From a virus: a stretch of DNA of 64,000 nucleotides. Positions 54,393 through 62,165 of this stretch are shown here, in pieces. Position 1 is the first letter of the stretch. Each line of letters opens with the position of its first letter. The DNA is taken from the IMG/VR virus record IMGVR_UViG_2881155292_000002, one strand, 5' to 3'. A program made the translations under genes and the position numbers. The notes beneath the pieces were generated by a model that was not told where the DNA came from, searched no databases, and was given only the letters and a program-made list of their open reading frames with translations.

Positions 54393-54679
54393 TTTGAAAT
54401 AATCCCTTGTTGAAAATGGATGATAATCAGCGACGGCGATCGGCGCTGTACTGGGTCATGAGCTCGTCGTGCTCTTTGCTTTTTTGGGATCTTGACCAGG
54501 GTCCGCCAGCCGGGAGCGATCTCATGGGTCCAACCCCTGGCGTCGACGATCAGATGCCCGTTGGCGCCGTAGTCCGGATAGGGGACATTCTTCTCAGACA
54601 CCGCGTCATGCACCTCGTACTTGGCGCCGTCGGGGTAGGTGTACTGGCGCCGGTGTTCGTTCTCGATCTGCTTGGTCAT
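54389..54679 (-). CDS. hypothetical protein
   Basis: AAGGGA RBS; first gene of the leftward late block. Confidence 0.55.
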   Translation of the reverse strand: MTKQIENEHRRQYTYPDGAKYEVHDAVSEKNVPYPDYGANGHLIVDARGWTHEIAPGWRTLVKIPKKQRARRAHDPVQRRSPSLIIIHFQQGIISK

Positions 54680-54771
54680 ATTATTTCCCTTGCATTATCC
54701 GTTGTGGTTTATAAGATAATCGACGTAGGTTTTAGACCACTATTAGTTTCATAATGCAAGAGGGATTTTTT

Positions 54772-54996
54772 ATGAACGTAATTCGGGATTATCTCCCATG
54801 GCTGATGTCAGCCATAACCATCTACATGACGGTCCTCGCCGGGAATAAGTCGCGGCGGGCTTGGCTGATCGGCCTGGGGAGCCAGGGGCTCTGGCTGACT
54901 TGGATCATTTCGTCCGGGGCTTGGGGCCTGCTGCCGGGGTGCTTTGCCCTGACGATCGTCTACGCCCGCAACCATCTCAAGTGGAGGAAGTCCTGA
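54772..54996 (+). CDS. small 3-TM membrane protein (PnuC/SemiSWEET half-unit-like)
   Basis: 'YLPWLMSAITIYMTVLAGNKSRRAWLIGLGSQGLWLTWII...WG...VYARNHLKW'. Confidence 0.6.
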   Translation: MNVIRDYLPWLMSAITIYMTVLAGNKSRRAWLIGLGSQGLWLTWIISSGAWGLLPGCFALTIVYARNHLKWRKS

Positions 54997-55097
54997 TGGA
55001 ACAGGTCCTCACCGAACTGCTTCGCCAGTGGCTGCCTTTGGGTGGCGCCTCGGTGGCTTTCATCGCCACCTACTTCCTGCTCAGGCACTTCGCCTGA
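54996..55097 (+). CDS. small membrane peptide (33 aa)
   Basis: GGAGG RBS; TGATG coupling. Confidence 0.55.
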   Translation: MEQVLTELLRQWLPLGGASVAFIATYFLLRHFA

Positions 55098-55369
55098 TGA
55101 GCCAGGAAGCAAAGACCCTCGCCCCGACGCTGAGCGACGATGAGATCGAGGACATCCTGGAAGGCCAGGAACCAATGGAGCCGATGACCGTCTGCATCGA
55201 CTCACCCTACGGCAACCTGGTCCTGCCGATCGCCATGATGATGGACAAGTTCGGCAATCCTACCGAGATCGAGTACGACACGAAGACCCTGCTCTGTGGA
55301 TCCGCGGAGCTCGGCTGGTACGAGATCGACGTCGAGGCCGGCTCCTGGGTGAAGCCCACTCTCCATTAA
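55097..55369 (+). CDS. hypothetical acidic protein
   Basis: TGATG coupling; MSQEAKTLAPTLS... Confidence 0.65.
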   Translation: MSQEAKTLAPTLSDDEIEDILEGQEPMEPMTVCIDSPYGNLVLPIAMMMDKFGNPTEIEYDTKTLLCGSAELGWYEIDVEAGSWVKPTLH

Positions 55370-55900
55370 ATCATAATGATAGACAGCGATTAATTCGATT
55401 TCAGAGGGGGCTTGCCAAGTGCGACCCCCTTTCTCTATGCTTATGTCATCCTGATTTGCGGAACCCCCGCCTACCCCTGTCGAATTCCTCTCCTCTCTTT
55501 CCCTAAGAAAGAAAATAAAGAGAAGGAAAAGACGGACGGGCGAAGCTATAGGTGAATCCTGTAAGGATTCCCCCACCCAGCTATAAGAAACCCACCCAAA
55601 CATTATAACCATAATCAATACCACAGTGATTAGAAAATCATTATGGGAAAATCCCGCGCTATATTTTTGGGGGATTTAATAGGTAATCATTAAGCCCATT
55701 ATCTGGTTCATTATATAAATAATATTATATAATTAATCGCAGTACGGATTTTGTGATAATTACGTCCAGCATTATGGGAAAAATATTATAATTATTTTCG
55801 CAGTACGGGAAATCCCATAGTTACGTTCTGACGTAGTATTCACACCGGGGTACTCCCCATCATCTTCAAGTACCCCCCGGGTGTGCATCCCATCACACCC
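55370..55900. other. AT-rich non-coding region, probable genome-end junction / collapsed terminal repeat
   Basis: Lies between the last late-side genes and the first early promoter and gp1-like gene, where N4-like linear genomes end; contains short direct and inverted repeats. Confidence 0.7.
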
Positions 55901-55912
55901 TCACACCACCCC

Positions 55913-55932
55913 GGTGCTTCGCTCCTTCTGGT
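55913..55932 (+). promoter_or_regulatory. N4-type vRNAP hairpin promoter (one stem mismatch)
   Basis: ggtgc-ttc-gctcc-ttct-GG: template GC-GAA-GC triloop, loop centre at -11, +1 G at 55930. Confidence 0.55.
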
Positions 55933-55951
55933 TCATCTGGCTCATCGGATG

Positions 55952-55971
55952 CGGGCTTCGCCCGTTCTGGA
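55952..55971 (+). promoter_or_regulatory. N4-type vRNAP hairpin promoter
   Basis: cgggc-ttc-gcccg-ttct-GGA: 5-bp stem, template GAA triloop, +1 G at 55969, upstream of the gp1-like gene. Confidence 0.85.
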
Positions 55972-56006
55972 TCATTCATCATCCTCAACCATTGGAGCTT
56001 ATCATC

Positions 56007-56333
56007 ATGGCTACTGTTCTCAGCGCTTCTAACGCTACTGCAACGTCTATCCTCAGCACGGTGCAGACGCTGGCTATCACTGCACAGCGTACCATCAACA
56101 CGGCAGCTGCCGGGCTTGACATGCTGGACACATACGTCGAGGACGCAAGGACTCGTCAGGTCGACGCATCGAAGATCGCTCGTCATCACTATCGCAAGAA
56201 CCTTTTGCTCGAGGCATCCATCGAGCAGGCCCGCAAGGAGCAGCAGCTCACAAGGGAGATCGGCAACGATCAGGTGCTCAGCAAACTGTTCTCTGACAAT
56301 CACGCAGAACTGGAGGCGCTCTTCGCCTCCTAA
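56007..56333 (+). CDS. N4 gp1-like early protein
   Basis: 108 aa, first gene after the hairpin promoters; Thr/Ala-rich N-terminus then a helical segment, as recalled for N4 gp1. Confidence 0.7.
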   Translation: MATVLSASNATATSILSTVQTLAITAQRTINTAAAGLDMLDTYVEDARTRQVDASKIARHHYRKNLLLEASIEQARKEQQLTREIGNDQVLSKLFSDNHAELEALFAS

Positions 56334-56346
56334 TACCACTCTGTGG

Positions 56347-56378
56347 TCTAGGCTTCGGCCTAGATCACCGGTATTTTC
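56347..56378 (+). terminator. UUCG-loop hairpin after the gp1-like gene
   Basis: tctaggc-ttcg-gcctaga, with a delayed T tract. Confidence 0.55.
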
Positions 56379-56468
56379 TCGATAGTATATTCTAATTATC
56401 GAGTTAATGCGCAGCATTAACCACGAGGGCATGACGAGCGAAGCGAGTCATAACCGAGTGAGTTAATC

Positions 56469-56484
56469 CCACACGATAATGTGG
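56469..56484. promoter_or_regulatory. palindromic operator candidate CCACA-N6-TGTGG (copy 3)
   Basis: ccacacgataatgtgg, flanked by C and G. Confidence 0.55.
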
Positions 56485-56699
56485 GGACAAATCCCCTGAA
56501 TCAGATCATGTTCAACCCAACACAGCTGAGCTGCGTTGAGTTCAAGGCACACGACGTAGGGCCATTCGCTTCCCGCAAGGGCACACTGGCTTAGCTCTAC
56601 CGGATCTGCATGCCTTGGGCTCTGCCCAGCTCAGCCGTAGGCCACGACCGAGATGCGTAGCATCGAGAGAGTGAGCTCCCAAACCTTGGAGACTGCACA

Positions 56700-56906
56700 A
56701 TGGACCGCTCGTCCAATCGCACTCGCATGCCTGCTGTCGAATATACGATCACTCACTTCTCGAGTGATCCGCTCGCACAGCTCAATCATCAGGCTCACGG
56801 ATCACATTCGTGGGTCGACGATGAGTTCGACCACTTCGCTGATGAGGACACGTTCCTCCATCACGATCGGCTCGCTCCCATCTGGGAGATGACCAATGCC
56901 CGCTAA
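56700..56906 (+). CDS. hypothetical early protein
   Basis: GGAG RBS; coupled to the next ORF. Confidence 0.5.
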   Translation: MDRSSNRTRMPAVEYTITHFSSDPLAQLNHQAHGSHSWVDDEFDHFADEDTFLHHDRLAPIWEMTNAR

Positions 56907-57129
56907 GAAGCCCTTGGACTTCGAGCTCGATACCGACTTCAAAGCCTTGAAGCAGGTCGAGGTCGAGCATGATCGCATGCTCACCATCAAGCCCGTCTAT
57001 AAGCTGATCGATCTCATTCTAATGATGTCGATCTGCGCTGGCATGGGCTTCGGTGCCATGGCGCTCTACGATCGCGCACTCGATCGTGGTCCGGTCATCT
57101 GCTCGGTCACCGCAGGGACCTGTCCCTGA
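56896..57129 (+). CDS. small membrane protein
   Basis: GGAGA RBS; one TM 'LIDLILMMSICAGMGFGAMALY'. Confidence 0.6.
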   Translation: MPAKKPLDFELDTDFKALKQVEVEHDRMLTIKPVYKLIDLILMMSICAGMGFGAMALYDRALDRGPVICSVTAGTCP

Positions 57130-57275
57130 TGAACCAGATCCTCGCAGACGGGGCATCGCTCTATGAGCTCTTGTGGCTGATACCGATCATCGCGGCATTC
57201 GCGGTGATCAACGTGCTCTGGATCCTGTTCATCGATCGTATCTTCGACCGGGTCGAGGACAACGTCGATGAGTGA
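57129..57275 (+). CDS. small membrane protein (48 aa)
   Basis: Translated by hand: MNQILADGASLYELLWLIPIIAAFAVINVLWILFIDRIFDRVEDNVDE; TGATG coupling. Confidence 0.55.
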   Translation: MNQILADGASLYELLWLIPIIAAFAVINVLWILFIDRIFDRVEDNVDE

Positions 57276-57429
57276 GATCCTCATCGAGCCAGAATGGGAC
57301 AAGACCATCGCCGAGATCTCAACGTGGCTTCGTGCCACCAAGCAGATCGCGTTCACACCGCGGTCTGGCAAGCCATTCATCGTCCATCCAAAGCGCATCT
57401 CGATGAGGCGCTGAACCAAGGAGACCATC

Positions 57430-57570
57430 ATGTCAGTTCGCAAGGCTGACCTCGTTCGCGAGAACATCGTCAAGCAAATGGACGATGCTCGCAGCTGTGG
57501 TGATGAGGAAGAATTCGAGCGTCTTCGCAAAGAACTGGAATACCTCGACACTCATCGCAGCGAATATTGA
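57430..57570 (+). CDS. small hypothetical protein (46 aa)
   Basis: AAGGAGA RBS; MSVRKADLVRENIVKQMDDARSCGDEEEFERLRKELEYLDTHRSEY. Confidence 0.55.
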   Translation: MSVRKADLVRENIVKQMDDARSCGDEEEFERLRKELEYLDTHRSEY

Positions 57571-57585
57571 TCGCTTTCTCTGGTT

Positions 57586-57605
57586 GGCGCTTCGCGCCTT
57601 CCGGA
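57586..57605 (+). promoter_or_regulatory. N4-type vRNAP hairpin promoter
   Basis: ggcgc-ttc-gcgcc-ttcc-GGA; +1 G at 57603; directly upstream of the gp2-like gene. Confidence 0.85.
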
Positions 57606-57644
57606 CTGTTCAACCTCAAACCAAAACACATGGAGCTACCACTC

Positions 57645-58058
57645 ATGTCCATCCTCGATTTCACTGCACCGAAGACCCAGCAGACCAGCCGCACGCCGTT
57701 CGCCGGTCTCACCAGCGTCGGTCATGCCAACTATGGCGAACGTCCCAAGGCCAAGGTCTGGCTGAACGTCGGCTACGAGAAGAACGGCAAGTTCATCAAC
57801 CTGCCGATCGGCCTGCCCATCGACACCATGGAAGCGGGCGAAGTCCGCGGCCAGAACGAAGACTGGGTCAAGCAGCGCACAGCCCAGAACGAGCTGCTCA
57901 AGGCTCTGCAGGCCATGGGCGCCGCCTTCGCGCCGGGTCAGGAAGAGACCATCAACCTGACCATCAAGCTGCGCCGTGTGAACGAGCAGCTCGAGGTCGC
58001 CAAGGACCAGAACGAATACTCGTTCGATCCGGCCTCGCTGCTGGTCGCCGCCGAGTAA
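57645..58058 (+). CDS. N4 gp2-like ssDNA-binding activator of middle transcription
   Basis: 'RPKAKVWLNVGY...FINLPIGLPIDT...AQNELL...PGQE..INL.IKLRRV' closely parallels the recalled N4 gp2 sequence. Confidence 0.9.
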   Translation: MSILDFTAPKTQQTSRTPFAGLTSVGHANYGERPKAKVWLNVGYEKNGKFINLPIGLPIDTMEAGEVRGQNEDWVKQRTAQNELLKALQAMGAAFAPGQEETINLTIKLRRVNEQLEVAKDQNEYSFDPASLLVAAE

Positions 58059-58067
58059 ACCTCAACC

Positions 58068-58104
58068 GGGAACCAAGGATAAAACCTTGGTTCCCATTTC
58101 ATTT
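58068..58104 (+). terminator. intrinsic terminator
   Basis: gggaaccaagg-ataaaa-ccttggttccc-atttcatttt. Confidence 0.75.
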
Positions 58105-58143
58105 TTCACCGACGGTATCACCGTCTAATCCGGGATCATCACC

Positions 58144-58608
58144 ATGAAAATGCTCAGCTTTTTCTTCGCTGCTTTCGCTCTCATCGCCTCGTCGATCATC
58201 CCGGCCAATGCGGCAACCGCGCTCTGGGAAAAGCAGGGCGCCTGGGAAATCTATGGCGACACCAGCACCGACTCGTGCGGAGCCATGGTCCAATACGACA
58301 ATGGCCTCACGCTCAGCGTGCTGTTCCTCGACAACACGGCCGCGATCGCCATCGTCTGCACATCGGTGACCAAGGGCCAGTCCTATTCGGTCAAGGTCGG
58401 CGTCTCAACCGGCGAACATGGGACTCTCGAGGCTGTTGCGTCCAGCAACGACACCGTGATGTTCCTCAACATCAACCAGAACACCGTCAAGGCACTCGTC
58501 AAGGCGCAAGTGATCTACATCGAGGGTCTCGGCGGCTTCGATCTCACCGGATCCAAGGCTGCCATGGCTTCGGCCTGGCAGTGCTACGAGACGCTCAACA
58601 GCTTCTGA
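58144..58608 (+). CDS. secreted/periplasmic protein with Sec signal peptide
   Basis: 'MKMLSFFFAAFALIASSIIPANA|A'; mature part 'GAWEIYG...C.A...GLGGFDLTGSKAAM...QC' resembles alphaproteobacterial periplasmic beta proteins. Confidence 0.75.
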   Translation: MKMLSFFFAAFALIASSIIPANAATALWEKQGAWEIYGDTSTDSCGAMVQYDNGLTLSVLFLDNTAAIAIVCTSVTKGQSYSVKVGVSTGEHGTLEAVASSNDTVMFLNINQNTVKALVKAQVIYIEGLGGFDLTGSKAAMASAWQCYETLNSF

Positions 58609-59008
58609 AGATTACCGATCGGGATTGATCTCCCATCGGCCAAACCTCAGCTCCTAACCATCGCCTGTGATGCACAGGTCGCGAGCCAGCATAGGAGTAA
58701 CGCATGTGTATGTGACCCTTCGGGGACTCTCGTACCGTTCGCTCTGGCCATATGTGCCAGTCATAGCGCCCTCATCAACCACCGCTCATCCGAGCACATC
58801 TGGCGCATCGGACTTGAACTAATCTCTCAATTGGCCAATCAGCAACCGACGATAACATCAAGGCTGCGGGGCCATAATACCCATCGCTGAATGCGCGCCC
58901 AGACACCGGCGTTAACTGTGACCGTGAGCCAAACACGCAAAATGGGGTCGAGCAGAGGACTGAAGCAAAGCCGGTTGGTCTCCGTTATCGGACCTCATAC
59001 GTACAACT

Positions 59009-59046
59009 GAGGGGCGCTCTTCCTGACCGGGAGCGTCCCTCCTTTT
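59009..59046 (+). terminator. intrinsic terminator
   Basis: gagggg-cgctc...gagcg-tccctc-ctttt. Confidence 0.6.
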
Positions 59047-59082
59047 AATTCATAATCGATAGACAGACAGGAGCCTGAGCTA

Positions 59083-59508
59083 ATGAAGGAAATCCTTGAA
59101 TTCTCTGGCGAATATCGCTGGCTGTCCAACTTCTTCATGGTCCATGTGACCATCGGGCAGTTGACGTTCGCCAGCACTGAGCACGCCTACCAGGCTGCCA
59201 AGTCGCTCGACCCAGTGGACTGGAAAGATGTTATCGAATGCGTCTCGCCAGGCGCTGCAAAGCGCATGGGCAGGAACGTCACGCTCCGGCCAGACTGGGA
59301 AGACATCAAACTCGATGTCATGCGCGAGATCACCGCGGCCAAGTACGACCAGCATCCTCATTTGCACGCCAAGCTCATGGCCACCAAGGGCATGAATTTG
59401 GTTGAGGGCAACCACTGGGGTGACACCTTCTGGGGCGTCTGCCGCGGTAAGGGCGAGAACCATCTCGGCCGCATTATTATGGAATATCGAGACAGACATT
59501 TTCCTTAA
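59083..59508 (+). CDS. NADAR family protein (YbiA-like N-glycosidase)
   Basis: 'WLSNFF...FASTEHAYQAAK', 'W..IKLDVM...AK..QH..L...L', 'LVEGNHWGDTFWG', 'NHLGRIIMEYR'. Confidence 0.92.
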   Translation: MKEILEFSGEYRWLSNFFMVHVTIGQLTFASTEHAYQAAKSLDPVDWKDVIECVSPGAAKRMGRNVTLRPDWEDIKLDVMREITAAKYDQHPHLHAKLMATKGMNLVEGNHWGDTFWGVCRGKGENHLGRIIMEYRDRHFP

Positions 59509-59632
59509 AAATAATCAGGAAAAATGCCTGTGGATAACCCCGGAAAGTAGGAATCGATTTGACTTCGGTTCCTATTATCTAAATACCAATTCAACATTTT
59601 CGAAAAAATCGGCTGTAAGGAGCCTAAACCCT

Positions 59633-59845
59633 ATGTCGTGGAAACCAGAGGTGTTCGTCGAAGGCAAATGGTCTCGCAATGGCCTGGTCTTCGCTACCAA
59701 GGAAGAGGCCGAGGCCAACGCCAAGGACCTGATGTGGCGCTGGACGATGGTCCAGGATTCGCGTGCCGCGGAGAGTACCGATCCGGTCAACTACACCTAC
59801 ATCGGCGGCGAGCTGAAAGCCGTCCAGCAGGAAGCCAGCACATGA
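59633..59845 (+). CDS. hypothetical protein
   Basis: AAGGAG RBS; MSWKPEVFVEGKWSRNGLVFAT... Confidence 0.7.
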   Translation: MSWKPEVFVEGKWSRNGLVFATKEEAEANAKDLMWRWTMVQDSRAAESTDPVNYTYIGGELKAVQQEAST

Positions 59846-59970
59846 TCAGTTATCTCACCGGCGGCAATCTCTGCTACGGCCAGCCCGTCAACATCCTCGG
59901 GCTGGTCATGACCATCGTGGTGGCTCTTGTCATCAAGGACATAATCAAAAGTCTTTGGAGGAACCGATGA
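59842..59970 (+). CDS. small membrane peptide
   Basis: ATGA coupling; 'ILGLVMTIVVALVI'. Confidence 0.5.
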   Translation: MISYLTGGNLCYGQPVNILGLVMTIVVALVIKDIIKSLWRNR

Positions 59971-60143
59971 ACAAGCGCGAGATCAAGCAGCGCATTTACC
60001 TAACCGGCAGTCGCATGACGGGCTACCAGGTTTTCCACAATATACCTGGCCCGACAATCGATTGCTTCGTCGACAGTGCCAAGATCGGCAACGCCATCAT
60101 TCGCGCATTGCGTGAACTGGCCTACAAGGACAACCAGAAATGA
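59967..60143 (+). CDS. hypothetical protein
   Basis: GGAGG RBS; ATGA coupling. Confidence 0.6.
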   Translation: MNKREIKQRIYLTGSRMTGYQVFHNIPGPTIDCFVDSAKIGNAIIRALRELAYKDNQK

Positions 60144-60604
60144 GCGAGCCCATCACCATCGGCATCCACACGATGCAGATGAGCGACAACCGCGAGGAGT
60201 ATTTCGTTTTTGTCCGTCGAGGCGATCGTGAGATCACGCCTCACAGCTACCGCAGTCCGTATCGCAACCGGGCTGAATATGAGGTGGCCGAGTGGAAGCA
60301 CGTTCTACTCGGCTGGCCGAAGCCTGATCTGATGGATCCACAATATGCGGATCCGAAAGCACTTAATGAAGTGGACCCGGCTGACAAGCTCGTCGTCGTG
60401 CTCGAAGGCGGCCTAGTCTCACACATCGCAGGCACCGGCATCATGGTCGGACGCACTGTCCACGTCATCGATTACGACACCGATGGTGCAACCATCGGAG
60501 ACAGCGAGCTTTACGACATCGAGCAAAGTGACGGCAGCACTACCACTGCCTACTTCAACACCGAAACCGTGGGCGAGATGACAATCACGCTCCCAACCGA
60601 TTGA
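60140..60604 (+). CDS. hypothetical protein
   Basis: Coupled ORF of 154 aa. Confidence 0.65.
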   Translation: MSEPITIGIHTMQMSDNREEYFVFVRRGDREITPHSYRSPYRNRAEYEVAEWKHVLLGWPKPDLMDPQYADPKALNEVDPADKLVVVLEGGLVSHIAGTGIMVGRTVHVIDYDTDGATIGDSELYDIEQSDGSTTTAYFNTETVGEMTITLPTD

Positions 60605-60613
60605 GAGAACCAA

Positions 60614-61204
60614 ATGAGCTACCTCGCATATGCCGGCATCGGCTCGAGAGAGACCCCTGCCCAGACCATCAAGGTCATGCGCCATGTCGGAGCCTATCTC
60701 TGCTCGCAGGGATGGACACTGCGCTCTGGTGCAGCTCCTGGCGCCGATAGTGCCTTCGAGCTGGGCCACAACGACCAGGCATTCCAGGATGCTGCTCATC
60801 CCGAGAAGGAGATCTACCTGCCCTGGAAGGGCTTCAATGGCTCCGACTCGAACCTGCATCCCGAGCGGATCCCGTTCAGCGACCAGGAGATCAGCCTGGC
60901 CAAGAACACACATCCAGCCTGGCATCACTGCTCGCCGTCGGCAAGGCGCATGCACACCCGCAATGTGCGGCAGATCCTGGGCTGCGAGGCCGTTAATGGC
61001 CCGACAGTCACACCGGTCAAGTTCGTGATCTGCTGGACCGAGGGAGCCAAGATGAAGGGTGGCACAGCCCAGGCTCTGCGCATCGCACAGTCGTGCGAGA
61101 TCCCGATCATCAACCTCGGCTTCGCCAAGGACGCCGGCGAGCTGGAGAAAATGGTTCTGCAGATCGACGCTCTGCAGGCCCAGTTCAAGGAGCAATACGC
61201 ATGA
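60614..61204 (+). CDS. SLOG-family (DprA/Smf-like Rossmann) protein
   Basis: 'YAGIGSRETP', 'LRSGAAPGADSAFE', 'RNVRQILG', 'VICWT...GGTAQALRIA'. Confidence 0.85.
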   Translation: MSYLAYAGIGSRETPAQTIKVMRHVGAYLCSQGWTLRSGAAPGADSAFELGHNDQAFQDAAHPEKEIYLPWKGFNGSDSNLHPERIPFSDQEISLAKNTHPAWHHCSPSARRMHTRNVRQILGCEAVNGPTVTPVKFVICWTEGAKMKGGTAQALRIAQSCEIPIINLGFAKDAGELEKMVLQIDALQAQFKEQYA

Positions 61205-61383
61205 GCGACACGACCATTGCTCCACTCCAAAAGCATTACCAGGAGAGCCTGGACTATTGGCGCAAGGCGCTCAGGGAGCTGCATTTCGAAGAGGAACGGC
61301 TCCGTTTCCAGGCAGAAGTCTGCGCCGGCCGGATCCTTCGTCTCAAGCGACGGGCCTATGAATCGGGAGTCGAAATCAAATGA
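61201..61383 (+). CDS. small coiled-coil hypothetical protein
   Basis: AAGGAG RBS; ATGA coupling. Confidence 0.6.
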   Translation: MSDTTIAPLQKHYQESLDYWRKALRELHFEEERLRFQAEVCAGRILRLKRRAYESGVEIK

Positions 61384-61589
61384 CCCTTCGGGAGAAAGTA
61401 TTCGAGAACCTTCAACACGCCAAAGAAAATGGCGATTTCGAGCCCGGCGGTTTCCTCCATGGGGAGACCGTCGAGCAGCTGGCCGATGACATGGTGGCCT
61501 ATGCCGCGGACGTTGAGGACGAAGATCCGAAAGATCTGATTCCTCACATCCAGGCCTGGCTGGACCAAGAAGGGATTCAGATCAAATGA
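61380..61589 (+). CDS. hypothetical protein
   Basis: Coupled ORF. Confidence 0.65.
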   Translation: MTLREKVFENLQHAKENGDFEPGGFLHGETVEQLADDMVAYAADVEDEDPKDLIPHIQAWLDQEGIQIK

Positions 61590-61798
61590 CCAAGAAACAG
61601 GAGAAATTCCTCGCCGGCGTGTTCGGCACCCTGCTGCTCGCAGCTATCGCTGTAGCATTCGGCGGATTGACATTTTGGCTGTTCGATCACGTCGGGCCGC
61701 TAACATCAATCACCTGCTTGATCATTGCGATCGCTCTGTTCGCCGGCTTCATGAACGCCAGCACACCCGACAAGAAGGAGGAGAGCAATGAGCCATAA
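61586..61798 (+). CDS. 2-TM membrane protein
   Basis: Two hydrophobic segments; coupled. Confidence 0.65.
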   Translation: MTKKQEKFLAGVFGTLLLAAIAVAFGGLTFWLFDHVGPLTSITCLIIAIALFAGFMNASTPDKKEESNEP

Positions 61799-62009
61799 GC
61801 AACGGCCTTGCCCTTGTGGCTCGGGCCTCCAATCATCCTGGCAGCACGATGCCCGCGGCATTCCCATGTGCCGCACATGCGTGCGCTGCCACACCGCCAA
61901 GATGGACGGCTACCGGGCCGACGTCATCAACAACCCGAACTACGATGCGGATGAGCCGATCGACGACGATCCGCCATCCTTTCATCAAGAGTCGTTCGAC
62001 GATTATTAG
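61788..62009 (+). CDS. small Cys-rich (zinc-binding) protein
   Basis: 'RPCPCGSG...CRTCVRCH'; GGAGGAG RBS. Confidence 0.65.
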   Translation: MSHKQRPCPCGSGLQSSWQHDARGIPMCRTCVRCHTAKMDGYRADVINNPNYDADEPIDDDPPSFHQESFDDY

Positions 62010-62018
62010 GAGAGAGCC

Positions 62019-62165
62019 ATGTTTCACAGCATCTACCGGGGTTTCGTCATCTGGCGAAACACTGAACCCGGCTATGCGCTCCGGTGGACTGCCAAGCATG
62101 ACAACGGGGACAAATTCGCTGCGGATACCCTGGCCGGGCTTCGTCAACTCATCAGAGAGGCGTGA
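62019..62165 (+). CDS. small hypothetical protein (48 aa)
   Basis: AGGAG RBS; MFHSIYRGFVIWRNTEPGYALRW... Confidence 0.6.
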   Translation: MFHSIYRGFVIWRNTEPGYALRWTAKHDNGDKFAADTLAGLRQLIREA

